Below are positions 31,061 to 42,400 of a DNA stretch of 64,000 nucleotides, one piece after another. The stretch is from Alphaproteobacteria bacterium (GTDB lineage Bacteria; Pseudomonadota; Alphaproteobacteria; Bin95), in assembly GCA_965205265.1 (NCBI GenBank), contig CBDBGH010000003.1:2752001-2816000 (forward strand), in the 5' to 3' direction. How positions within the stretch are numbered: the stretch's first letter is position 1; each line of letters starts with the position of its first letter. Under the pieces are notes generated by a model that did not search any database, had not been told where the DNA came from, and saw only the letters and a list, made by a program, of their open reading frames with translations. The position numbers and the translations under genes were made by a program.

Positions 31061-31788
31061 TCCGGCTCGAAGGCATCCGCAAGAGCTATCGGGTCGGCCC
31101 GGTGATGGTGGACGTCCTCAACGGCGTCTCGCTCGAAGTGCGGGCAGGCGATCTGCTGTCCGTCATGGGTCCTTCGGGATGCGGCAAGTCAACGCTCATG
31201 AACATCATCGGGCTTCTGGACCGGCCGACGAGCGGCTCCTATTTCCTGAACGGGCGCGATGCGGCCGGCATGGGCGACGACGAAGTCTCGGCGGTGCGGA
31301 ACGCCAATATCGGGTTCGTGTTCCAGTCCTTCCACCTGCTGCCCCGGCTGACGGCGGCGCAAAATGCGGGGCTTCCGCTCATATACAGGGGCGAGCCGGA
31401 GGACCGGATCAGGCGGCAGGCCGTCGAAGCGCTGGACCGGGTGGGCCTGGCGGACCGGGCCGGGCATCGGCCCAACCAGCTTTCCGGCGGCCAGCAGCAA
31501 CGCGTCGCGGTGGCGCGCGCCCTCATCGGGAGCCCGTCCGTCATCCTCGCCGACGAGCCGACGGGCGCTCTCGATCCCGATACCGGCCGGGAAATCATGG
31601 ACATGTTCGAACGGCTGAGCTCCGAGCAGCAGATGGCCGTGGTGATCGTCACCCACAGCCCGGAGGTTTCCGAGCGGTGCCGCCGGCGCGCCCGCGTCGA
31701 GGACGGACTCGTGCGGGAAGAGCGAGCCGACGGGGCTGCGGCGCAGCAGGACGGGCGCAGCGGCGGCGGTCGTGCTTTCCAGGGCTAA
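31057..31788 (+). CDS. ABC transporter ATPase (MacB/LolD type)
   Basis: GPSGCGKST; IGFVFQSFHL; LSGGQQQRVAVARAL; ILADEPTGALD. Confidence 0.95.
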   Translation: MIRLEGIRKSYRVGPVMVDVLNGVSLEVRAGDLLSVMGPSGCGKSTLMNIIGLLDRPTSGSYFLNGRDAAGMGDDEVSAVRNANIGFVFQSFHLLPRLTAAQNAGLPLIYRGEPEDRIRRQAVEALDRVGLADRAGHRPNQLSGGQQQRVAVARALIGSPSVILADEPTGALDPDTGREIMDMFERLSSEQQMAVVIVTHSPEVSERCRRRARVEDGLVREERADGAAAQQDGRSGGGRAFQG

Positions 31789-32962
31789 CGTCAAGGAAGC
31801 CGTCGCCAGCCTTGCGGGCATTCGCGGCCGCAGCATTCTTGCGCTGTTCGGCATCGTGGTCGGCATCGGCTCGGTGATCGCGATGATCTCGACGGGCGAG
31901 ATCGTGAAGGAACAGGCGCTGAAGCAGTTCGAGGGGCTCGGCACCGATATCCTGGCGATCCGCCGGGTGCATACCCGGGTTCGGGGGAAGACCCTGAAAT
32001 TCTCCGAGGAGAACGTCCGCCGTCTCGTGCTGGACACGCCGGAAGTCTCGGCTGCCGCCACCTGGCTGGACGTGGGCGGGGACCCCCATTTCGCCGGAAA
32101 GAGGATACCGGGCGAAATCGTCGTGATGGGAGCGACGGAGTCCCTGGCCGCGATTAACAGGCTCAGGATGGCGGCAGGGCGTTTCGTCTCGCATCTCGAC
32201 CTGCACCAGCACTATTGCGTGCTGGGCGACGCGGTGGCGCGCGCCTTGCGCCGCGCCGGAGCCGGCGACGTGCTCGGAGAGAAAATCCGTCTTCAGGGGC
32301 GCCTCTTCACCGTCGTCGGCGTGCTGGAGCCGACTCCCCCGCGGCGCTTCGGGCAGGACCTCCGGCCGGATAATACCGTGTTCCTGACCCTCGGCGCCGC
32401 ACAGCGCCTCTCATCCCAGAATGTGCTCCGGCGCATCGTGGCCCGGATCTCGCCCGGCGTGCTTCCCGAAGCCGCGACGCCGGCCGTCCATTCCTTTTTC
32501 CAGCATCACGTGCCGGGCCTGCGCTTCGAAATAACGGCCGCCGAACAGCTTATCGAACGCATGCGCAACCAGGGCCGGCTGTTCACGCTTCTGCTCGCTG
32601 CGGTTGGCAGCATCTCGCTGATCGTCGGCGGCGTCGGGGTGATGAACCTGATGCTCATCTCGGTCAGCGAACGGCGCGCCGAGATCGGGCTTCGGCGCGC
32701 CGTGGGCGCGCGGCGGAGCGACATCCTCCAGCAATTCGTTACCGAGTCGGTAGTGCTGTGCCTTCTCGGCGGCGTGCTCGGCATTCTCCTGGGCGTCGGA
32801 GCCTCCTGGGGCATCTGCCAGTTCGCCGGCTGGCCGTTTTCGGTGTCGACGACATCCATGGTCCTGGGCGTGGGCGTATCCACGGGCGTCGGGGTCCTGT
32901 TCGGCCTCTACCCGGCGCACAAGGCGTCGCGGCTCGATCCGATTGCCGCGCTGCGCTCGTAG
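31772..32962 (+). CDS. MacB-type ABC permease (type VII)
   Basis: RSILALFGIVVGIGSVI; large periplasmic domain; ISLIVGGVGVMNLMLISVSERRAEIGLRRAVGA; PAHKASRLDPIAALR. Confidence 0.93.
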   Translation: MLSRANVKEAVASLAGIRGRSILALFGIVVGIGSVIAMISTGEIVKEQALKQFEGLGTDILAIRRVHTRVRGKTLKFSEENVRRLVLDTPEVSAAATWLDVGGDPHFAGKRIPGEIVVMGATESLAAINRLRMAAGRFVSHLDLHQHYCVLGDAVARALRRAGAGDVLGEKIRLQGRLFTVVGVLEPTPPRRFGQDLRPDNTVFLTLGAAQRLSSQNVLRRIVARISPGVLPEAATPAVHSFFQHHVPGLRFEITAAEQLIERMRNQGRLFTLLLAAVGSISLIVGGVGVMNLMLISVSERRAEIGLRRAVGARRSDILQQFVTESVVLCLLGGVLGILLGVGASWGICQFAGWPFSVSTTSMVLGVGVSTGVGVLFGLYPAHKASRLDPIAALRS

Positions 32963-33108
32963 GCGCCTGTTGTCGGCCGGGAACAGGCGAGCGCATCCGG
33001 GATGCCCTCCCTGCCGGTGTCCGCCGTCGCATCGACACGCGGAACCCCCTGAATTGGCAGAATGTCACGGGTCCTTCGACTCCGTGAAGATAATCTCATG
33101 GGTGCCAT

Positions 33109-33126
33109 AGGAAATCGGTATTTCCT
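33109..33126. promoter_or_regulatory. Palindromic operator-like motif AGGAAAT-CGGT-ATTTCCT (degenerate copies before paralogues 1-5)
   Basis: Copies at 22771, 23424, 24075, 24662, 25357 and 33109, each 77-81 bp upstream of the ATG. Confidence 0.65.
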
Positions 33127-33187
33127 TACGCAAACGGCTGGCTCCAGCATTCAGCGCGCCAATAACGGCAGCGAAAGGAACGGACGG

Positions 33188-33688
33188 ATGCGTATGAGAC
33201 GACCCGACATACGAAGCTTGATCGGCACCGTGGCCGTGTTGGGCATTGCGGCGATGCTGGCCGGTCCTGCATCGGCCCAGCAGACCGTCGAGGCCCGCAC
33301 GGGAAAGATCCACGAGGACTGCAGCGGATTCGGCGTGAGCGAGGTCGACAGAGTGGTCAAGATGAACGCGCAGTGCCGGACCTCCGACGACAACAACGAC
33401 AGGGCGAAGACGAGCATCAGTCTCACGAACGAGATCAGCGCGAACACCGAAACCGGCGAGCTGATTTTCGGCGGGACCGCCTTCAACTACAGTTGCAATA
33501 ACATCGGGGTCGTGAAGCACCAAACCGGCGTGAGGCTGGAGGCCGGTTGCCTGTACATCGTCGAGTGCAAAAGGAGGAGCACCACGCAGGGGAACTGCCT
33601 GGTAGGGACCACCGGCAGGAAACAGGCCACCCTGGAGTTGGCGGGTTACCTGCAGGTGAACGATGAGGGCGAGATCGAGGTCAAGTAG
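33188..33688 (+). CDS. Secreted CVNH-like protein, paralogue 6 (mature N-terminus QQ)
   Basis: Leader ...AGPASA|QQTVEARTGKIHEDC; CRTSDDN; extra Cys pair. Confidence 0.72.
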   Translation: MRMRRPDIRSLIGTVAVLGIAAMLAGPASAQQTVEARTGKIHEDCSGFGVSEVDRVVKMNAQCRTSDDNNDRAKTSISLTNEISANTETGELIFGGTAFNYSCNNIGVVKHQTGVRLEAGCLYIVECKRRSTTQGNCLVGTTGRKQATLELAGYLQVNDEGEIEVK

Positions 33689-33778
33689 CCTGCCCTCGGG
33701 CACGACGGCGGCAGGCGTGGGCGGTACGGAGCCTTCCCCCCGCCCCGCATGCCGCCGTCGAGAGAAAGGAGCAGACGG

Positions 33779-34258
33779 ATGTACCCAAGACGCTTCGACA
33801 TACGAAGCTTGATCGCCATCGTCGCCGTGTTGGGCATTGCGGCGATGGCGGCCGGCCCGGCATCGGCCCAGCAGACCGTCGAGTCCCGGACCGGGGAGAT
33901 CCACCAGGACTGCGACCGGTTCGACTACAACCTGCCCACCGACCTCTCGAAGTTCCAGCTCCTGGCATACTGCAGGACCAGCGACGACAACTCCGACCGG
34001 AAGCAGACCAGCATCGACCTCGGCGCCAACATCGGCAATAGCAGCGGTCGCCTCGTGTGGGGCGGGAACAGCTTCCAGGAGAGCTGTACTACCTTCAAGG
34101 TCGAGCAGCATACCGGCGGCGTGAAGCTGACGACCGATTGTCCCGGCCGCAGGATATATGTGGGGACCAGCAAAGAGACCGTCGAGAGGGTCACGTCATC
34201 GCTGGAGCTGGCCACATACTACAAGGTGAACGCGGACGGCGAGTTCGAGGTCAAGTAG
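33779..34258 (+). CDS. Secreted CVNH-like protein, paralogue 7 (mature N-terminus QQ)
   Basis: TSIDLGANIGNSSGRLVWGGNSFQESC; four core Cys. Confidence 0.8.
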   Translation: MYPRRFDIRSLIAIVAVLGIAAMAAGPASAQQTVESRTGEIHQDCDRFDYNLPTDLSKFQLLAYCRTSDDNSDRKQTSIDLGANIGNSSGRLVWGGNSFQESCTTFKVEQHTGGVKLTTDCPGRRIYVGTSKETVERVTSSLELATYYKVNADGEFEVK

Positions 34259-34348
34259 GCCGCCAACAGGGGGTGCACGTCCTGATTTTGCGAGGTTGAG
34301 AAATGCCATGGTTTCGCCACGATATCTGTTTCTTATATTTGGGGACAG

Positions 34349-34780
34349 ATGGAGGCGGACATGGCCAGGACCGATCACGACGGCCTCGTCGAACAGCGTG
34401 GCGAGCTGCTGCGGGAGATTGCGGGCATCGGCGACCTCCGTCAGGGTTCGCTCAGGGCACAGTACCGCAAGTGCGGCAAACCGAACTGCCATTGCGCGGT
34501 CGAGGGGGCGCAGGGGCATGGCCCCTACTGGTTGTTGACTTGGCCGGACAGGGAGACAGGGAAGTCCCGCGGCCGCACCGTTCCCGCCGACGCCATTGAG
34601 GGAACGCGGGCGCAGATCGCGGAATACCAGCGGCTTCGCGGTCTGGTGCGCGCGCTTGTCGAGGTCAGCGGCCGGATATGCGATGCCAGGCTGGACGCGG
34701 ACAAGCCGGCCGCGCCGGGAAAAAGGGGGGTCTCGACGCAGCGATCGCGGAGGAGGTCGAGGCCGAGGTCGAGTGGCTGA
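34349..34780 (+). CDS. IS-associated small Zn-finger-like ORF (DUF6788-like)
   Basis: GSLRAQYRKCGKPNCHC...HGPYWLLTW; overlaps the transposase frame at GGGAAAAGGGGGG. Confidence 0.75.
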   Translation: MEADMARTDHDGLVEQRGELLREIAGIGDLRQGSLRAQYRKCGKPNCHCAVEGAQGHGPYWLLTWPDRETGKSRGRTVPADAIEGTRAQIAEYQRLRGLVRALVEVSGRICDARLDADKPAAPGKRGVSTQRSRRRSRPRSSG

Positions 34781-36060
34781 TCGGCGCGGGCGTCGTCGAT
34801 GACTTCCAGGCGATCGAGATCGAAGCGCGGCGGGTTGCGTTGCAGATCATGGGGCAGGCCGTCGCCCACAGGCTCAATGCCGACCGTTCCGACAACCGGG
34901 GACCGTGGCTGTCGTGTGCGTGCGGCGGCGAGGCGCGCTTCGCCGGCCGCCGGCCCAAGACCTTCACCACCGCTCTCGGCCCTCTGACGCTGGAGCGCGC
35001 CTGGTATCACTGCGACCGTTGCCACCGCGGCTTCAGCCCGCGTGATCGAACCCTCGGCATGCAAGATACTTTCCTCTCACCGGCGGCGCTGCGCATGATC
35101 GGCGTTGCTGCTGCCCGTACCAGCTTCGAGGGCTCCAGCGCCCTGTTGCGCGAACTGGCAGGCCTGGCTGTCGCGCCGAAGACGGTCGAACGCCATGCCG
35201 AGGCGCTCGGGCGAGAGATCGCAGGCGACGAATGCCGCGTGATCGAACCCGAGCCGTCCGACGCCCCCACCCTCTATCTCGGCCTCGACGGCACCGGCGT
35301 GCCGGCGCGCAAGACCGAGGTCGAGGGCCGCGCGGGCAAGCAGCCCGACGGCTCCGCCAGCACCCGCGAGGCCAAGCTCGCCGTCGTGTGGTCGGCGGAG
35401 ACCGTCGACAGGGAGGGGCGTCCGGTGCGCGACCCCGGCTCCGCCACCTACAACGCCGCCATCGAATCCATCGCCACCCGCGAGTTCGACCCCGAGCCCG
35501 CGCCCTTCGCCCGGCGTGTCATCCGCGAGGCCGAACGCCGCGGCTTCGACACGGCCGAGCGCCGGGTCATCCTCGGCGACGGCGCGCCGTGGATCTGGAA
35601 CTTCGCCGATGAGCACTTCCCCGACGCCATCCAGATCGTCGACATCTTCCATGCCAAGGGCCACCTGTTCGACGCAGCCAAGGCGATCTACGGGACCGGC
35701 AGCGAGATCGGTGAGCGATGGGCCGGGAAGCGGCGCGAGGAACTCGACGAGGGCCGCGTCGACGAGGTGATCGCCGCCCTCAAGGGCCATGCCGAAACTT
35801 GCGAGAACGCCCGCAAGAACGCCGAGTATTTCACCAACAACCGCGAGCGCATGAACTACCCGAAGTTCCGCGCGATGGGCTTGTGCGTGGCCAGCGGCGT
35901 GGTCGAGGGCGGCTGCAAGAACATCGTCGGCGCCCGCCTCAAGCAGGGAGGCATGCGCTGGACCGTCAACGGCGCCAACGCCATCATCGCCCTGCGCTGC
36001 GCCGTCGAGAGCAATCGCTTCGACGACTTCTGGGAACGACGAGCCGGCGCAATACCATGA
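34678..36060 (+). CDS. ISKra4-family transposase
   Basis: CACG..RAWYHCDRC; LYLGLDGTGVP; ILGDGAPWIW; DIFHAKGHL; ASGVVEGGCKNIV..RLKQGGMRW. Confidence 0.88.
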   Translation: MRCQAGRGQAGRAGKKGGLDAAIAEEVEAEVEWLIGAGVVDDFQAIEIEARRVALQIMGQAVAHRLNADRSDNRGPWLSCACGGEARFAGRRPKTFTTALGPLTLERAWYHCDRCHRGFSPRDRTLGMQDTFLSPAALRMIGVAAARTSFEGSSALLRELAGLAVAPKTVERHAEALGREIAGDECRVIEPEPSDAPTLYLGLDGTGVPARKTEVEGRAGKQPDGSASTREAKLAVVWSAETVDREGRPVRDPGSATYNAAIESIATREFDPEPAPFARRVIREAERRGFDTAERRVILGDGAPWIWNFADEHFPDAIQIVDIFHAKGHLFDAAKAIYGTGSEIGERWAGKRREELDEGRVDEVIAALKGHAETCENARKNAEYFTNNRERMNYPKFRAMGLCVASGVVEGGCKNIVGARLKQGGMRWTVNGANAIIALRCAVESNRFDDFWERRAGAIP

Positions 36061-36097
36061 ATCTCACAAATGCGACGTGCACCCGCCAACAGGCCGC

Positions 36098-36126
36098 CCG
36101 GGCGCAACGATGGTTGTTGCGCCCGG
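36098..36126 (+). terminator. Hairpin, probably the terminator of CVNH paralogue 7 displaced by ISKra4
   Basis: CCGGGCGCAAC-N7-GTTGCGCCCGG immediately after the right TSD; weak U tract. Confidence 0.4.
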
Positions 36127-36457
36127 TCATGCATGTGCGAGACTGTCTTTGTGTTCAACCCCCATCGCGGCGGCGGACCCGGCCCGGGTCGAACCAAAGC
36201 CGAGCGCGCCGGATTCATCCAGTAAATCTGTCCGAGGCGCCCGAGGACATGATTGGCATTGCCGGGGGCAGTTCGGCTGAATGCATTTCTCCCGGTTCCA
36301 GTGGCAATCGGGAAGCCGGAAGTTGCGACTCCGGCTCCAAGATCGCTATGTTTTCGGGAGATAAAACGTATGCATCCGGCGAGGATCGCAGGGATATGTG
36401 GCTCGGCTTTGGTCGGCGAGTTCAAGCAGGGCGGATTGGTTTTGAGCGGGAGCCGGC

Positions 36458-36833
36458 TTATGCGGCATGATCGGGCTTCTGCTCCGGAACCCAGTTCCAT
36501 GGGAGGAGTTCGTCGAGCCGGTTGTGTGGCGTCCTGGCGATGCGGCCGAGCACGTCGGCGAGCCAGGCCTGGGGATCGACATCGTTGAGCTTGGCGGTGC
36601 CGATCAGGGTGTACATGGCGGCCGCGCGCACGCCGCCGCGGTCGGAACCGGCGAACAACCAACTGCGTCTTCCAAGGGCCAGAGGCCTGATTGCGCGCTC
36701 CGCGGCATTGTTTGACAGGCAGATACGTCCGTCGTCGAGGAAACGGGCGAGGCCGTCCCAGCGTTTCAGCATATAGTCCATGGCCCTGGCCACCGGGGGA
36801 ATGGCGCGAAAGCCCGGCGCGCTCGGTGCGCAT
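36458..36833 (-). pseudogene. tnpC: IS66 TnpC C-terminal part (split by IS21)
   Basis: AMDYMLKRWDGLARFLDDGRICLSNNAAERAIR...LLPWNW. Confidence 0.9.
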
Positions 36834-37094
36834 TATAGCGCGACAATCTGGGTGAGAGCCGCGCGTCAATCAGGATGAGATTCCCCGGCGGCATCGGCGA
36901 GTTGATGATTGTCGCGCGGGGCGCGGATTGCAAGCGGTTTCGGATTTTGATTGTCGCGGCGCGACAAACAAGGTTTTCGGAGAGCGTTTTGATTGTCGCG
37001 GGGGGGCCGTCGGGTCGGAGAAGAGACGGCCCGCGGAGGCGATTCCCGCGGGCCGTGAGTGTTGTGGCCGCTGGGCCGATCTGGCGGCAGCGGT

Positions 37095-39442
<2,348 letters not shown>

Positions 39443-39511
39443 CTACTCGGAAAAACGTCACCGTTCGCCCAGCCGACCGACCCCGCCAGAAGGTCCAGGA
39501 AAAATTTTTTG

Positions 39512-39570
39512 AGGCGGCGGCCCGGAACTCCGGTCGGGCTACGCCCTCCCTCCGTTCCGGGCCGCCGCCT
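39512..39570. other. 17-bp perfect hairpin enclosing the conserved 25-nt core (IS21 leader motif copy 2)
   Basis: AGGCGGCGGCCCGGAAC-[TCCGGTCGGGCTACGCCCTCCCTCC]-GTTCCGGGCCGCCGCCT. Confidence 0.85.
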
Positions 39571-39624
39571 TCCCCCGTCTCATCCTGATTGTCGCCAGCG
39601 TCTCAAGCTGATTGTCGCGCCGCA

Positions 39625-40255
39625 GCGCATCCAGTTCTCGAGGTCGACGAGGAGCGGTGCGCTCTGCTCGCGGCGCATGGCGAGGGGGCGCTCGGCGGTC
39701 TCGCCGTCGATGGAGCGCTCGATGTCGAACAGCGCATCGATCCGCTTCACAGCCTCAATCGCCAACGGCGAGATCGGCGGCGCGTTCCTGCCGCGCCTCT
39801 TGCCGGCCGCGATGTCGGCGAGTTCGTAGAACTTGCGCCTGGAATGCGCGAAGCAGGCAGCTTCGGTCACGGGCCCCGGCGGTCGGCCGGGCTCGTAAAG
39901 CCGATTGTATCCGGCAAAGGCGTCGGCCTGCAGGATGCCGGCATAGCCGCGCAGATGATCGCCCGAGCGGTTCCGCGAGTAGCGGAACAGGGCCGCCGGC
40001 GGGTCCGGACCGCCGAACGGCCTGTCGTCGCGCACATAGACCCAGGCCCGCGCAGTGTCGGCCTTGCCCTTGGCTACCAGCACCGGCATAAGCGTGTCGT
40101 CACCGCGCAGGCGGGCCGCCGCCAGCACATGGGCCGCGATCAGGTCGTGCAGCGGGCGCATGCCACGGTGCGGGCGCCGACCTAATCAGCCAGGGCCGAC
40201 AGGCTGAGATCGACGCTCTCGCGCGCGTAGCAGTCGCGCTGGCGGATCGCGCCGT
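39625..40255 (-). pseudogene. tnpC: IS66 TnpC central part (degenerate, 5' truncated)
   Basis: AWVYVRDDRPFGG..; GILQADAFAGY; ACFAHSRRKF; joins 36833 as LENWMR|TERAGLS. Confidence 0.88.
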
Positions 40256-40265
40256 GGCGCCCGCT

Positions 40266-41537
40266 CTAGACCCCATTCGCGTTCTCGTAGAAGAGCCCGT
40301 CATAGACAAAGGCGGACGCCACCGCGTGGCAGTCGTGCTCGCTCGCTCCATTGCGCTGCATCCTGGCATGCCACCCGTCGCGCACTGTGCTCACGATCCG
40401 CTCGAACATCGCCTCCGCCTCGTGTCGATCAAGCAGAAAACGCGCATGACCGCTCAGCAGGTTGGTTCTGTTCGCATAGCGCCCGAACGGACCACATGCC
40501 ATCGCCAGATCGCGGCGCTCTCGGGCTACCGCTGGCAAGGGCGTCAGGTCGAAGGCCGGGCTCAACCTCCATTGACGCCCCCTCGCAAGCATCGCGTGAT
40601 TGCGCGGGTGATCGTCGAGATTGGACACGGCCGCGTTGAAGCACATGCGTGCGAACAACTCCCGCAGATCGTCCACCGGCCGCGCGCTCGCGCGCCGTAT
40701 CTCATCGGCGAGCAGCAGGTAGGACCAGCTTCCACGATCCGCCGGACCGTCTCCGGTGCGCAGCAGCGTCAGCGCGCTCACCATGCGATGCCGCCGGTAG
40801 TCGGCATCGGTCCGGTCGCGGTCGAATCGGCGCACCAGCAGCACGTCGCGCCCACCCACCGTTTCGATCCGGCTCTCGGCCACGTTCAGCCCGCACGCCC
40901 TGGCGAGCGCGAGCATGCCATGCTCGATGCGCGCATGGTTCCAGCGGTCGTTGCGGTGGGAAAACTTTGCAATCCAGAGCCCTTCCTCGGCCTCCACGAC
41001 CGCCTTGGGGCGCGCACCCCCCATCGACGTCCCGAGCAGCAGCAACTCCTCGACCCGCTCGCCGGCGGGACCGGCCCGCTCCCGGTCATCTTGCAAGACC
41101 GCGTCTGCTGCTCGCTGAAGCTGCTCCAGATCCAGGGTCCGGTTGAACAGCTGCCGCGGACCCGGCGGCTCGACGCCGAGACCGAAGCCGAGCGCACCTG
41201 CTCGGTCGTCCGGTCCCTGCATCAGGTAGTCGAACTCGCCGAGCTCGGCGACGCCTGCGTTGCGCTCGATCACCCGCCTCCCCCAGAAGTCGGGCATGGA
41301 GTCCCTGATTGCGCCAAAGAACCCGTCCATGCGGGCCGTCTCCTGGACCCGGTCCGAGAGACGGAGCTCGATCGGGTCGAACTCCACCGCATCGGCCCGC
41401 TCTCGATATGCACGGCCATACACGAATCTGCCAACTCCTCCGTTTCCGTCGTCCGTCCACCGGAAGCGCCCGGCGGTTACGAACGCCGTTGCTCCCGGCA
41501 GCACGATGTAGACGAAGCACTCGCGCTCAGAAGTCAT
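40266..41537 (-). CDS. hipA: HipA-family kinase toxin
   Basis: DSMPDFWGR; GTSMGGARPK; WIAKF; LLVRRFDR; NLDDHPRNH; LSPAFDL. Confidence 0.92.
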   Translation of the reverse strand: MTSERECFVYIVLPGATAFVTAGRFRWTDDGNGGVGRFVYGRAYRERADAVEFDPIELRLSDRVQETARMDGFFGAIRDSMPDFWGRRVIERNAGVAELGEFDYLMQGPDDRAGALGFGLGVEPPGPRQLFNRTLDLEQLQRAADAVLQDDRERAGPAGERVEELLLLGTSMGGARPKAVVEAEEGLWIAKFSHRNDRWNHARIEHGMLALARACGLNVAESRIETVGGRDVLLVRRFDRDRTDADYRRHRMVSALTLLRTGDGPADRGSWSYLLLADEIRRASARPVDDLRELFARMCFNAAVSNLDDHPRNHAMLARGRQWRLSPAFDLTPLPAVARERRDLAMACGPFGRYANRTNLLSGHARFLLDRHEAEAMFERIVSTVRDGWHARMQRNGASEHDCHAVASAFVYDGLFYENANGV

Positions 41538-41880
41538 CGCTCAGCACCCGGCGGCCTCCCGCTCGCCTGGGGCTGCGCGCGCGCTCGAGCGTCTTTCCTT
41601 CCTCGTCACGATCCGGATCGGCCACCTCACGCATCTGATCCAGCAGGCCGAGCGCCCACAGCGCGCCCAGATAGACCGCGATGCCGGTCGTCGGCTTGCC
41701 CCTCTCGACGTCAGCTATCACGAACCGGGAGACGCCTATGCGCTCCGCCAGCTCTTCCTGCCGGAGCTTGCGGCGCAGTCGTGCCGTGCGGAGGTTGCGC
41801 CCCATCCGTGCCAGTGCTTCCTCGACCGCTGCCGGGGGCGACTCGGAGATTTTCGTCGGTCTTGGCATGTGTATTTCCAT
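41527..41880 (-). CDS. XRE-family HTH antitoxin (HipB-like)
   Basis: LRTARLRRKLRQEELAERIGVSR...VERGKP; overlaps the hipA start. Confidence 0.88.
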   Translation of the reverse strand: MEIHMPRPTKISESPPAAVEEALARMGRNLRTARLRRKLRQEELAERIGVSRFVIADVERGKPTTGIAVYLGALWALGLLDQMREVADPDRDEEGKTLERARSPRRAGGRRVLSDDF

Positions 41881-42080
41881 CTACCTAAACACGATTTATA
41901 TTGCTTTCAAATAACATTTCCGATTTGTCGCGTCAACCGCTCAGCCCACAGCTATGTTGTCTAGCGTTTACTCAATTTACCGACATGTGGTCTATAATAC
42001 ACACAGCTGCACCACCGACAGATTCCAACCCTTGGGGCCCGGTCTTGCGCAGGTGACCCGCCAACCACCGGAAGCAACCC

Positions 42081-42400
42081 ATGACACGCCCCGCCGGCGC
42101 CGACCTCTTCGACCTTCTCGACAGATGGCGGCATCTTTCCTCCTACCGGCTGGAGCTGCGCGCCAATCCTGTGTTTGCACCGTTCCTGCCGCGCGGGCTC
42201 AACCGCCACCTGGGGCCGCACGGCATGGCTATCGATCCCCGGATCATTCCTGACTCCCCACTCAAGCAGGCGAAGACCCGGCGTTCCAGCAAGGCCGACT
42301 TCTTCGCAGTCTCGACCGACCGCCGGCACGCGTTCCTCATCGAGCTCAAGACCGACAAGCGATTGCTCCGCGAGCGCCAGAAGGCCTACCTGCACCGGGC
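42081..42400 (+). pseudogene. Truncated PD-(D/E)xK-like hypothetical protein
   Basis: KADFFAV...FLIELKTD...Q..YL; cut by the IS1380 remnant. Confidence 0.45.

Larger units (their letters stand above)
34271..36084 (+). mobile_element. ISKra4-family element
   Basis: IRs GGGTGCACGTC / GACGTGCACCC; 9-bp TSD GCCAACAGG (34262-34270, 36085-36093). Confidence 0.88.
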
